Positions 39,770-52,455 are shown, counted from the first letter of the stretch. The stretch: 64,000 nt of DNA from Mobula hypostoma (GCF_963921235.1 NC_086108.1:49106001-49170000); one strand, 5' to 3'. Notes: a model not told the origin generated them from the letters alone. A program made the numbers and translations.

Positions 39770-42700
39770 CTCCCAAGTCCCGTTACATCTCAGAACTTTG
39801 AATTCTTTCCCCATTTAAATAACAGTTTGCCCGTTTATTTTTTCTGCCAAAGTGCATAACCATACACTTTCCAACATTGTACTTCATTTGCCACTTCTCT
39901 GCCCATTCTTCCAATCTATCCAAGTCTCTCTGCAGACTCTCCATTTCCTCAGCACTACCGGCCCCTCCACCTATCTTCGTATCATCAGCAAACTTAGCCA
40001 CAAAGCCATCTACTCCATAATCCAAATCGTTGATGTACAATGTAAAAAGAAGCGGCCCCAACACTGATCCCTGTGGAACACCACTGGTAACTGGCAGCCA
40101 ACCAGAATAGGTTCCCTTTATTCCCACTCTCTGTTTCCTGCCAATCAGCCAATGCTCTATCCACGTATGTAACTTTCCTGTAATTCCATGGGCTCTTATC
40201 TTGTTAAGTAGCCTCATGTGTGGCACCTTGTCAAAGGCCTTCTGAAAATCCAAATATACAACATCCACTGCATCTCCCTTGTCTAGCCTACTTGTAATTT
40301 CTTCAAAAAATTGTAATAGGTTTGTCAGGCAGGATTTTCCTTTAAGGAATCCATGCTGAGTTCTGCCTATCTTGTCATATGCCTCCAGGTACTCTGTAAC
40401 CTCATCCTTGACAATCGACTCCAACAACTTCCCAACCACCGATGTCAAGCTAACAGGTCAATAATTTCCTTTTGCTTCCTTACCCCCTTCTTAAATAGCG
40501 GAGTGACATTTGCAATCTTCCAGTCCTCTGGAACCATGCCAGAATCTATCGACTTTTGAAAGATCATTGTTAATGCCTCCGCAATCTCCACAGCTACTTC
40601 CTTCAGAACACGAGGGTGCATTCCATCTGGTCCAGGAGATTTACCTACCTTTAAACTATTCAGCTTCCTGAGTACTTTCTCTGTCGTAATTGTGACTGCG
40701 CACACTTCTCTTCCCTGCCACCATTGAGTGTCCGGTATACTGCTGATGTCTTCCTCAGTGAAGACTGATGCAAAATACTCGTTCAGTTCTTCTGCCATAT
40801 CCTTATCTCCCATTACAATTTCTCCAGCATCATTTTCTATCAGTCCTATATCTACTTTCACCTGTCTTTTACTCTTTATATACTTGAAAAAGCTTTTAGA
40901 ATCCTCTTTGATATTATTTGCTAGCTTCCTTTCATGGTTAACCTTTTCTCTCTTAATGACCTTCTTGGTTTCCTTTTGTAAGGTTTTAAAAACTTCCCAA
41001 TCCTCTGTCTTCCCACTAATTTTTGCTTCCTTGTATGCCGTCTCTTTTGCTTTAACTTTGGCTTTGACTTCTCTTGTCAACCATGGTTGCATCCTTTTTC
41101 CACTTGAAAATTTCTTCTTCTTTGGAATATACCTGTCTTGCACCTGCCTCATTTCTCGCATAAACTCCAGCCACTGCTGCTCTGCCGTCCTTCCCGCCAG
41201 TGTCCCTTTCCAGTCAACTTTGGCCAGTTCCTCTCTCATGCCACTGTAATTTCCTTTACTCCACTGAAATACCGACACATCAGATTTTGGCTTCTCTATT
41301 TCTATTTTCACAGTGAACTTAATCATGTTATGATCACTGCCTCAGGGGTTCCTTCACCTCAATCTCTCTAATCACCTCCGGTTCATTACACAATACCCAA
41401 TCCAGTACAGCCAATCCCCTAGTGGGCTCAACAACAAGCTGTTCTAAAAAGCCATCTTGCAGACATTCTACAAATTCTCTCTCTTGAGATCCAGTGCTGA
41501 CCTGATTTTCCCAATCTACTCGCATGTTAAAACCCCCCACGATTATCATAACACTGCCCTTCTGACAAGCCTTTTCTATTTCCAGTTGTAATTTGTAGTC
41601 CACATCCCTGCAGCTGTTTGGAGGCCTATAAATAACTACCATCAGGGTCCTTTTACCCCTGCTATTTCTTAGTTCAATCCATAAAGATTCTGCACCTTCC
41701 GATCCTATATCACCTCTTTCTAATGATTTAATATCATTTCTTACCAATAAAGCCACGCCTCCCCCTCTGCCTACCTTCCTATCCTTCAGATACACCGTGT
41801 ATCCTTGGATGTTCAGCTCCCAGAGACATGCATCCTTTAGCCACGTCTCAGTGATGGCCACAATATCATACCTGCCAATCTGTAGCTGTACAATAAGATG
41901 ATCCACCTTATTCTTTATGCTGCGTGCAACACCTTAAGACCAGTATTTGATACTTTTTGCTTTGATTTCACTGCAACTTTATTGCACTGCAACTCATCCC
42001 AATGGCTACAAATTTGCCCCATCACCTGTCTGTCTTTCCTGACATCTTTACTGCTCACTATCTTGGATTTATTTCTGTTTTCCCCTTCCTCTGCTCTATC
42101 ATTCCGGTTCCCATCCCCCTGCCAAATTAGCTTAAACCCTCCCTGACAGCTCTATTAAACTTTCCCGCCAGGATATTGGTCCCCTTTGGGTTCAGGTGTA
42201 ACTTGTCCTTTTTGAACAGGTCATACTTCCCCCAGAAGAGATCCCAATTATCCAAGAATCTGAAGCTCTGCCCCCTACACCAGTCTCTCAGCCACGCATT
42301 CATCTGCCTGATCCGACTATTCTTGCCCTCGCTAGCACGTGGCACAGGTAGCAATCCCAAGATTACTACCCTGGAGGTCCTGCTTCTCAGCTTCCTTCCT
42401 AACTCCTGGAAATCTCTCTTCAGGACCTCCTCCTTTGTCCTATCTATGTCATTGGTACCAACATGTACCAAGACAACTGGCTACTCACCCTCCCCCTTTA
42501 GAATATTCAGGACCCGATCCGAGACATCCCGTACCCTGGCACCTGGGAGGCAACACACCATGCGGGTATCTCTGTCAGGCTCACAGAATCTCCTGTCTGT
42601 TCCCCTGACTATGGAATCCCCTACGACTACCGCATTTCTCTTCTCCCTCCTTCTCTCCTGCACAACAGCGCCAGGCTCAGTTCCAGAGACCCGGTCACCG

Positions 42701-43055
42701 TGGGCGTCCCCTGTCAGGTCATCCCCCTCAACAGCATCCAGAACAAGATATTTGTTGCTGAGGGGGACAGCCACAGGTGTGCTCTCCACTATCTGGGCAT
42801 TTCCCTTCCCTCTCTTGACAGTGACCCAGTTTTCTGACCCCTGTAGCCTAAGGGATGACTACCTCTCTGTAGCTCCTGTCTATCACTTCTTCACTTTCCC
42901 TAATAAGCCGTAGGTCATCAAGCTGCAGCTCCAGATCCGTAACATGGTCTCTGAGGAGCTGCATCTCGGTGCACCTGGCGCAGATGTGGCCATCAGGGAG
43001 GCTGGAGGTCTCCCAGGATTCCCACATCTGACACCCTGAACAAAGCACGATCCCT
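39770..43055 (-). mobile_element. Young CR1-clade LINE: ORF1 (Zn finger and SGNH esterase) and ORF2 (APE, RT), lacking 5'UTR and 3' end
   Basis: CSGCQMW...HICARC, VVVGDSIVRG, VHVGTND, HLNPKG; VAITETWL, IYRPP, KSPGPDGMHP, YLDFQKAFD and KFADDTK. Only a few stops and frameshifts. Confidence 0.95.
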
Positions 43056-43489
43056 GCAGGTAATTCCTGTAATCTCCTGTAATTCCATGTAAAAGTTCCA
43101 TAAAATGGAAAATGGCTGTAGAAGATGGGAGGACCAGGGAGTCATGAATGATGTGATCCTTTCAATATGCTCAGAGGGAATGGGAGAGTTGTTAATAGAA
43201 TCTTATTGGGGTTGGTGTACTGACTTTTATTTTGCAGAAGCTAAGCCTCAGCTGTCTGACTCACCTTCATATCTCCCTCTGCACCTTGACACAATCATCA
43301 TACAGTCTTCCATACAGTCGTGGTTCTTGTTTTCATGGAAAATTTCCTTAATAAATCAGAAGGGCATGTGGCAAACATCATCTGGTCAGCCAGATGGGGA
43401 GGTATTGGGGTTTCCCAATCTTCAGATAATGGATTACTTGACATTTACTGTAAATTTTTCTTTGCCAGAGCAAGTGCAACATCAACAAT

Positions 43490-44125
43490 CACACTTGTTT
43501 AATTCAATGTGGCAGAACCGAGGCAAAGCGAGGCAACGGTCCCGTTGCCGAGAGCAAGGTAGACCCGAGGTTCAATTGATTTAAGTGCTGTGCCAAAAAG
43601 TAGGTTACAGGGCACATCGAGGTGGCAAGGTCCCGGCACCAGTGCATACCGATTCAACTGAATTTGATGTTTGGATTGAGATTTAAGCACCGGGTTGAAT
43701 TGGAAAGATCAGGTTTAGGGTGAATTGAGGTGGTGGGGTTCTGGCCCCAGAGCGTTTTGAGTCGATTGAACTCGGTGTTTGGACATCGATTTAGGTGCCG
43801 GGCCAGATTGAAAAGCTCAGGGTATTAGGGCCCCAGGCAAGAGACAAGCCGGTTCAGATTGCTGCTCTACCACTTGGCTCTGTGCTGAACTATGCTGAAC
43901 TCTGTGCTGGACTCTCTTTGTGGACCCACATTCAGAATGCTACTTGCTTATGGTTACCATTTGCATGATGAGTTTGTTTCTCTCTGCATGTTGGGTGTTC
44001 GATGGTCATATTTTATATATGGGTTGTTTTGGGTTTCTTTGTTTCACGGCTGCCTGTTAGCAGACAAATCTCAAGGTTGTATAATGTATACATACTTTGA
44101 TAATGAATATACTTTGAACTTCGAA
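43490..44125 (+). mobile_element. Non-coding element ending in the Rex1-type 3' tail
   Basis: Internal degenerate repeats (GATTTAAGTGC/GATTTAAGCAC/GATTTAGGTGC). Ends AAATCTCAAGGTTGTAT...ACTTTGATAATGAATATACTTTGAACTT. Confidence 0.5.
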
Positions 44126-44779
44126 CAATTTCGAAAAGCCTGATACCATTCAGGAAAAAAGTAGCTGGCTTAATTGGCACAACAACCACCTTAAATATTT
44201 GTTTCTTCTTCCGTAGACATGCTATAACTGCAGTATGCATAAACTTCAAATTATACTGCATTTACTGATCAAACTACTTTGCACTTTCCAATGCTGTATT
44301 GGAACCTCTATCATAAAGAAGGACGTGGATACCTGGTATATCTTTGACTCTCTGATATATATATATGGCAACATCTAAATCCTGAAACTCTCAGCCCAAC
44401 TACACTTTTGGGAGTACCTTCATCAAAAGAATAGCAGCAGTTCAAAAAGATGACTCACCACCATCTCCTAAATGGCAATTGGAATGCGCAATAAATAGTG
44501 GCAAACAATCAGATGCTGAAAATAAATCTAACAAGAAACACTAAATTTGCTCAATTCTCTTTAACAGAATAGAATATTGGATCCCAACTAGTACTAAAGC
44601 TTATGTTCTGTCCATCTTTTTATGCTTTGTTATGGCCTTTATAGGTTAAGATTTGCATGTTTCTCTCAACCAATCCAATATTCTTGTTTTAGCAGACATG
44701 ATGATGAATAGACATCAGAAATATATTGTTCAACATCTCATGCCTGTCTGGCACTCATTAAGATCTGGCTCAAAATGGA

Positions 44780-46205
44780 GTTTAAGGACATGCCTGGTAA
44801 CCACAGGCTGGTCAGTTTAACCCGTGAGGAAAGCCTTGAGAAACAATGATCAGGGGAAAGGAACAAACAGACCCTTTAAGAAGTTTTAATGAATAATGGA
44901 GAACTGATTTGTTAAATGGAATTATATTTGACTAATATTATTTTTACATTATTGAATAGAATGTTATAGATGTTACTCAATATTTTTTCTGAAGTCACGC
45001 ACAAATGACTAATTAGCAAACTTGAATGGTAATAGGGCTGATGGTAAAAAAACTCCAGGGGAGGGGGAGTTATAGTGTGAATATGATAATTCCAGAGAGA
45101 TCACACTTGAAGTCATTATTGAACTGAGATCCTTGGAGCTGAGAGTCAACAGCACTACCTGCATTAATGAGAAACTAGTTTTAAAAGCAGAATGTAGAGT
45201 GTATAGCCACTCCTTGATGAATGAAGGGGATCCATTCCTGTAAAATGTTTCATAATTTTGTACATTCAAATTGGGTGAAATATGTTACAGGTACTTGGGT
45301 AGTGGGCAGCAAATAGTGTTCTATTCTTATAACAAAAAATAAAATTGCACATTAAGGAAACATACCCCAAGAGTCTAAGGAATTTATAGTGAAAATTCAT
45401 AAATAGAATATCTGTGAATCAAAGAATATCTGTTAACAATTGTTATTTCAACTGGGAGATGATAGTTCATGCTGTTCCCAAGATACTTTTTTTGTGTAAA
45501 AATTACTTGAACATGCTGGGTAAAATTTACAAACTTATGGTTGACACAAACTTAGAAATACAGCACGAGTGTTGAGCAATCAATGTATATCTGCATTAAT
45601 CGAGAACAGCATGGCACGTTAACAAAGTAGTTAGTATAGCATATGGGATTATAAACCATGTAATAAACCTCAGGAGCTGAAGAGCTATATTGAATTAGCT
45701 GAAAACACTGGTTAGGCCTCAAAAAGAAAATTGTGCCCTATTTTGATCACATCTTTTCAGGAGGATATGAAGGATTTGCAGATGGTGCAAAAAAGATTTG
45801 CTGGAATGGTTCTAGCAATGAGAAATATAAGCTCTTGGAGCCAATCAGGTTAGGGGGAGATTTGATAGATGTGTTTGATAAAGACTGATTCAGACAAGAC
45901 AGACAGAAGGGAGCTCATCTTGTGTATGGATAGTTATAAGACCAAAGGGAACTAATTTCATATTTTGGTGGAAGTAAATAGGAGTTGTGAGGAGATGCTT
46001 TTTTATTAACTTATGAATTAGATTACACACCATGTAAGAATCAAACAATGTTTTAAAAACAGAATTGCATTGGCAATGAGAGAAGATAATTTGAAGACTA
46101 TGGGGAAGTGACAGATGAATGGGACTGAGGGGATTGATTTACTAAGAGCTGCTATAAGCTTCTAGGGACAAATGATTGTGTTCTGTACCTTAACAATTCT
46201 ATGAT
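44780..46205 (+). mobile_element. Old, highly decayed CR1
   Basis: Degenerate colinear similarity to CR1 RT and 3' end (CTGGTTAGGCCTCA, TTAGGGGGAGATTTGATAGA). Confidence 0.55.
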
Positions 46206-47832
46206 TGTGTGATCATATGATTCTTAGTTATTATATATAGCCATTTTGACAATTGTGTATATAATACCTGAAAATCCATTTTTTGTCCTCTCTGGTTGAT
46301 CTGAAACAGGGCATATTAATCTGAACTGCTAACAATCTTTGTAACAGAGGTGGTCCAACAATAGAGTTAGATACAATAAGGAATTCTTAAGGTTAAAACT
46401 CAAGATGATGCATAACTTCCCACCACAAATTTGTACTTTTCATTTAAAACTCAACTATTCACCATTTCATTGTGGATAGTACTTCATAAACAAATGGTAT
46501 CAATTATTTCTAATTGATTCTATATAAAAGTTACGATCAAGAAATTTGGTAGAGGAGGCTTTCACTGTCAACAATATACAGACATATAGTATGCATTTTG
46601 GTATACGTGTGCCATTGCCAAAAGTTGTCAGTTTCAGTGTTTTGACAGGAGTGCTGACACTTTTGTCTTTAATAGGATTATAAAATGAGAACCATTGTAT
46701 CCATAGTTTGAAAATTATTAATGTCCACTTTTGCACCTCCTTTAGCTTCAATGGAATTTGGTTTCTTTCATCTTTTTATCTAATGTTTTCAATTTGGAAC
46801 AGGTATAGTGTTGCTTCGCTACATGATTTCCAAATTTTCAAAGGCAACCAAAACAAAATGCAATATTTATACAAAACCACTATGGAAAAAAGGCACTTTA
46901 GATTCATTTGAATTTAATCAGGATATTTTTCTCTGTAAAGGTGCTGTATAAATGTTGCACATTAGAGGTTTGGCCTATTGGAGAAGCTGAATAGCTTTTT
47001 ATTGTTTCGTCTGTTAATATTACTTCTTAAACGGAATACATTTTGGCCTGATAAACCAGTATTGCATTTTTAATTCACTCTATGATACTTTGATGTTGGT
47101 TTCTTGAAATATCCAAATGGAAAAGCAATATTATAGAACTAAAAGAATGAAATAGATAAATCAAGGAAAATGTAACAAAAATAACAAACCATTTACATTT
47201 GTTCAAATATTCTGCATTAATACAGAATTTATGCAGTTCAAATGAAGACAAATCTTGATGGAAATAGGATTTGTTTTTCTTGTTTTATTACTCAAATGGA
47301 AAATTATGATAATATGCATTTTGGAAAAATAGTCACATGATTGATTGCCACCAGAGGGCACAACTTGTACGGAATGTAATTCAGAACAAGTACATGTTAA
47401 GAAGAAAAAGTAAGAAGGTTATAAATTTAAAGGGAAGGGTGTAGATTTGAAATTTTGCCTAGGGTTTTCTCTTATTCCATGTGTAAACCTTGAAGTCAAC
47501 ATTTAAAAGTTTACTTGAATAAAGTTGCAACAGGGCTTATATGCTATAATGGACTATAAAATTAAGTCAGGCATTTGTGTCGACAATAGTACGTCCCTTC
47601 CCAATGAGCTTAAAGTATTTTATGCACATTTTGAACAGAACAGAAAAGAATTAGAACTTGCTGCCCAGCAGGATGGCTTCCAATGGACCTGAAACTACAG
47701 TAACTGTTCTGCAGGTAAGATCAGTCTTCCAGGCAAACACGAAGAAATCTGCAGATGTTGGACTTTCAAGCAACACACATAGAAGTTGCTGGTGAACACA
47801 GCAGGCCAGGCAGCATCTCTAGGAAGAAGTAC

Positions 47833-47868
47833 AGTCGGCGTTTCGGGCCGAGACCCTTCGTCAGGACT
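47833..47868 (-). ncRNA. Hammerhead motif with a core mutation (GAAACGCC)
   Basis: Identical to 48823-48858 except that the U of the NUH triplet is C (position 47838). Predicted to be uncleavable. Confidence 0.6.
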
Positions 47869-48822
47869 AACTGAAAGAAGAGCTAGTAAGAGATTTGAAA
47901 GGGGGATGGGGAAATCTGAAATGATAGGAGAAGACGAGGGGTGGGGGGGGGATGGAGCCAAGAGCCGGACAGTTGATTGGCAAAAGGGATATGAGAGGAT
48001 CATGGGACAGGAGGCCTAGGGAGAAAGAAAAGTGGAGGGGGGAAACCCAGAGGATGGGCAAGGCGTATAGTGAGAGCGACAGAGGGAGAAAAAGGAGAGA
48101 GAGAGAAAAAGAACGTGTGTAGAAAATAAATAAATAACAGACGGGGTACGAGGGGAGGTGGGGCATTAGCGGAAGTTTGAGAAGTCAGTGTTCATGCCAT
48201 CAGGTTGGAGGCTACCCAGACGGAATACGAGGTGTTGTTCCTCCAACCTGAGTGTGGCTTCATCTTTACAGTAGAGGAGGCCGTGGATAGACATATCAGA
48301 ATGGGAATGGGACGTGGAATTAAAATGTGTAGCCACTAGGAGATGGACTTTCTCCCAGTGGCCACACATTTTAATTCCATGTCCCATTCCCATTCTGATA
48401 TGTCTGTCCACAGCCTCCTCTACTGTAAGGATGAAGCCACACTCAGGTTGGAGGAACAACACCTCGTATTCCGTCTGGGTAGCCTCCAACCTGATGGCAT
48501 GAACACTGACTTCTCAAACTTCCGCTAATGCCCCATCTCCCCCTTGTACCCCATCTGTTAATTATTTATTTATATACACACTTTCTTTTTCTTTCTCTCC
48601 TTTTGCTCCCTCTGTCACTCTCACTATACCCCTTGCCCATCCTTTGGGCTTCCTCCTCCCCCTTTTCTTTCTCCCTAGGCCTCCTGTCCCATGATCCTCT
48701 CATATCCCTTTTGCCAATCAACTGTCCGGCTCTTGGCTCCATCCCTCCCCCTCCTGTCTTCTCCTATCATTTAGGATCTCCCCCTCCCCCTCTCAAATCT
48801 CTTACTTGCTGTTCTTTCAGTT

Positions 48823-48858
48823 AGTCCTGACGAAGGGTCTCGGCCCGAAACGTCGACT
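48823..48858 (+). ncRNA. Minimal type I hammerhead ribozyme motif, best-preserved copy
   Basis: AGUC-CUGACGA-A-GGGUCUCGGCCC-GAAA-CGUC-GACU. Predicted cleavage after C48854 (GUC triplet). Confidence 0.75.
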
Positions 48859-50124
48859 GTCCCTCTTCCTAGAGATGCTGCCTGGCCTGCTGCGTTCACC
48901 AGCAACTTTTATGTGTGTTGCTCAGTCTTCCAGGAGCATCTGGCCCAGATGGTATGCCTGGCCATGTCCTTGGATGCTTTACAGATAAGCTGGAGAGGGC
49001 ATAAAGAAATAATTTAACCTCTTGCAGCTTCAGTCTGAAGTTACCACCTACTTTAAGAAGACTTGTATTTACAAAAAATAAGACAATGTGCCTAAATGCT
49101 ACTGCTGGTGGCTGTGACATTCACCTTCATGAAGTGCTGCAAGAGGCTGGTCATGACATGCATTAACTCCAGCAACATTCTCTCTAAATTTTATTTACAA
49201 CTGTGTGGACCAATCATTGGTCTAAGTAGGAAATTTTTATACTGCCTGAAAACTGCATGGCATTCAAATGTTCTTTTTTTGTGATGTGCGTACTATGAAT
49301 ATTTAGAATGAAAATTGAAAATCAAATACTTTTGATTTTATTTATTATTGAAGAGTATAATGAAATACAGTACAGCAAAGAAAATCTTACACATTTTGTG
49401 AACTTTTTCTAGCTGCATTCAATTCCAGCTGTGCAGCAACAAAGACTATGTGTGGGAGCATTTCCATTACTGGGCAGCCATGCACCCACGCAGCTTCAAG
49501 GGAAGAGTGAACTCCAGCCTCCCAGACAACTTTGACCCATTGTAACTCATCTACCACTGAAACAGGTCTATGGTGCACTCCATCTCTCTGGCCTTGCACT
49601 CATCTCTGGAGCATCTAGACAATAAATAAATAAGCAAATAAAGTAATAAACTATTGTTTATTGATTACAGCCCTATGTTCAATGCTATAATTCTAAGCAA
49701 ATTCATCTTCACGCTCCCAGTCTTCGGTCTGAACATCTCTCTCCAAGTGGATCCTTGACTTCCTGACCAATAGACTGATATCAGTAAGGATAAGCAGCAA
49801 TACCTCCACCATATTTGTGCTCAACATTGGTGTCCTACAGGCTGTATCCTCAGACTCGACTCTACTTCCTATATGCTCATGACTGCATAGCCAGATTCTG
49901 TCCTAATTCCAACTACAGATTTGCAGATGAGACCACTGTAGCGGACTGTATCTCAAATAATGATGAGTTAGTGTACAAGAAGGAGATAGAAAGCCTAGTT
50001 AATTTGGTGTCACGACAACTACCTTTTCCTTAATATCACAAAAGATCATTAGCATCAGGAAGGTTGGTGGTGCATATGCTCCTGTTTACATCAATAGTGC
50101 TGAAGTTGATGCTGATGTTGAAGA

Positions 50125-50500
50125 AGATCTGCCATTTCTTTGCCCATTCTCCTATCCTGTCCAAGTCCTTCTGCAGCCTCCCTGCTTCCTCAACACTACC
50201 AATCCCTCCACCTATCTTTGTATTGTCTGCAAACTTGGCCACAAAACCATCAATTCTGTCATCTAAAACATTGGCATACAACGTAAAAAAAAGCAATCCC
50301 AACACCCGACTTCTGTGGAACACCACTAGTCACTGGCAGCCAATCAGAAAAGGCTCCCTTTATTCCCACTCATTGCCTCCTGTCAATCAGCCAATGATAT
50401 GTTCATGGTAGTATCCTGTAATACCACAGGCTCTTAACTTGTTAAGCAGCCTCATGTGCAGCACCTTGTCAAAGAGTTTCTGAAAATCCAAATATAGTGA
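50125..50500 (-). mobile_element. CR1 RT fragment
   Basis: YLDFQKLFDKVLHMRLL and VAKFADNTKIGG. Confidence 0.8.
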
Positions 50501-51097
50501 TACTACAGGGAGATGATAGAGAAAAATTGCGGTCAGTGGGATGAGTTGCATTGTAACGGGGGACAACATTGAAAATGGTGACGAATACAGGACTGAATGT
50601 GTTATATTTGAATGCACACAGTATACTGTATAAGGTAGATAATCTTGTAGCACAATTACAGATTGGCAGATATGACATTTTGTGCATGAAGCCAATGTGG
50701 GAATTGAAGTACTTCAATATTTGGGCAGGAGGTGTCTGATGGGGTGGGTGGGTAGTTTGTGAGGTGGTGTGCTCTTTCCACTATTTGTTTTGGGCTTCTC
50801 AGTGCATCTGATGCATAGGTTTGAGGTTCTCAGCACCATCCTAAATGTTCCTTCTTCTCTTTGTGCAGTCATGGCCCAAGCAGTCTAAGGGTCAGTCAGC
50901 ATATTGTTGCACGGAGTGACTGGAGGCAACTGGAATCGGACCCAAGTGCAGGACACAGGCACGGAGACGGATTTGGACATGACTTGGACTCGGAACTTGA
51001 CTAGGACTGGGACTCGGAACTGGAAATAGACGGAGTCTGGAACTTGAACTGGAACACGGAGCCGGGAACTTGAACTGGAACACTGAGCCTAGACTTA

Positions 51098-52338
51098 GGC
51101 TACATCCACACTAGACCGGATAATTTTGAAAACGCTGGTTTTGAGTAAAAACGACAGGTGTCCACACTAGGCGTTTTTCAAAATATCTCTGTCCACACTA
51201 AAACAGGTATTTGGGCGAACCTCCTTCTCCTGGGCACGCGCAGACACAGCTACAGAAAACAAGCAAAGAAGAAACGGTATAATATTTACATTTCCGCCGC
51301 GGCGTTGTGCTATTTCCATTGGTCAAAAACTGGAGTACCTACAACAACAGCGAAAGGAAGTTTTCAAAAACGTCTTGGTTCTTGATCCTCCAAAATATTT
51401 GGCATAGAATTTAAACTGGAGGTGGTGGAGGGTGGGCTTAAGAAGGAGATTTTTGAAGAAGAAAAGCTGCCTTAAATTTAGTTGGGTTTGGTTGTGTGAC
51501 TGTGTTAGGAATACAAAGAAAACCTCCGCTGGAAAAAGCAGACTGGACTTCTCTGTTTAGACAGACAATGAAGTCGAGCTGTTTCTGCGAGTTACAAATG
51601 ACTGCAAAGTCAGCAAAGCAGTGGAGAACGTGGAGGGAGATGTTTAACTCCTTCTTAAGCCCACCCTCCACCACCTCCAGTTTAAATTCCATGCGGAATA
51701 TTTTGGAGGATCAAGAACCAACAACCAAGAACTCCAAACAAGCTATTAACATAGACAATAAAGTAAGCAACACGCACATGAAGCCGTCCTCTACCCAAGA
51801 TCAACAATAGAGTAGAATCTTCTGCCGCCAGACCTGCACAGTACTTCTGACAGTAATATTTTTAAAGATAGACTCAACCAATTAATTTAGGGGATCTAGT
51901 GAAAAAAGGTTACTTTACAATTTAACTCTCATGCCATTCACACCGACTGCGTGTTATAACAGCCGTTCAGCAGTGCTTGTGCAGTACCAAGCAAAAGCAA
52001 AAACCTTCTTCAAAAATCTCCTCCTTAAGCCCACCCTCCGTCACCTCCAGTTTAAATTCCATATGGAATATTTTGGAGGATCACGAACCAAGAACCAAGC
52101 AGAAGCAGTAAAAGCATTGTTGTTGTGGTGTTGGCATAACAACATTTTAAGATCTCTCTGTTTACCCCGTCCACACTACAACGCGAAACAATCGTTTTCA
52201 AACTTACACGCTCTGGAGAGTGTTTTCGAAAATCTCTGTTTTCGGGGGATGAAAATGCCATTTCAGTGTGGACGGAGGGTCAAAACGAAGAGAAAAATCT
52301 TTGTTTTCAAAATTATCCGGCGTAGTGTGGACATAGCT
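51098..52338. mobile_element. Non-autonomous PIF/Harbinger-like DNA transposon
   Basis: TIRs GGCTACATCCACACTAGACCGGATAATTTTGAAAAC and GTTTTCAAAATTATCCGGCGTAGTGTGGACATAGCT, 3-bp flanks TTA/TCA, subterminal TCCACAC repeats and a Myb-like remnant. Confidence 0.8.
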
Positions 52339-52341
52339 TCA

Positions 52342-52450
52342 GACTTGGACTCGGACAAGGAGCCGGGACACCGACTTGGACTCAGACAAGGAGCCGGCAC
52401 TCCGACTTGGACTCAGACAAGGAGCCGGGCCTTGGATTTGGACTCGGACA
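52342..52450. repeat. 31-bp tandem repeat, ~3.5 copies
   Basis: GACTTGGACTCGGACAAGGAGCCGGGACACC units start at 52342, 52373, 52404 and 52435. Confidence 0.85.
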
Positions 52451-52455
52451 TGGAA

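Larger units (their letters stand above)
47734..48921. mobile_element. Inverted (head-to-head) pair of Penelope 3' ends with a shared 13-bp TSD
   Basis: Arms 47734-48343 (-) and 48351-48921 (+) with a 7-nt spacer TGGACTT. TCAGTCTTCCAGG at 47721-47733 and 48922-48934. Confidence 0.92.
47570..50110 (+). mobile_element. Decayed Rex1/Babar-like LINE interrupted by the Penelope palindrome
   Basis: ELKVFYAHFE before the insertion. MKCCKRLVM and LYAHDCIARF...YRFADETTV after it. Confidence 0.7.

Noticed and set aside
40728..42913. Long plus-strand ORFs (173 and 245 aa)
   Set aside because: Antisense shadows of CR1 ORF1 and ORF2.
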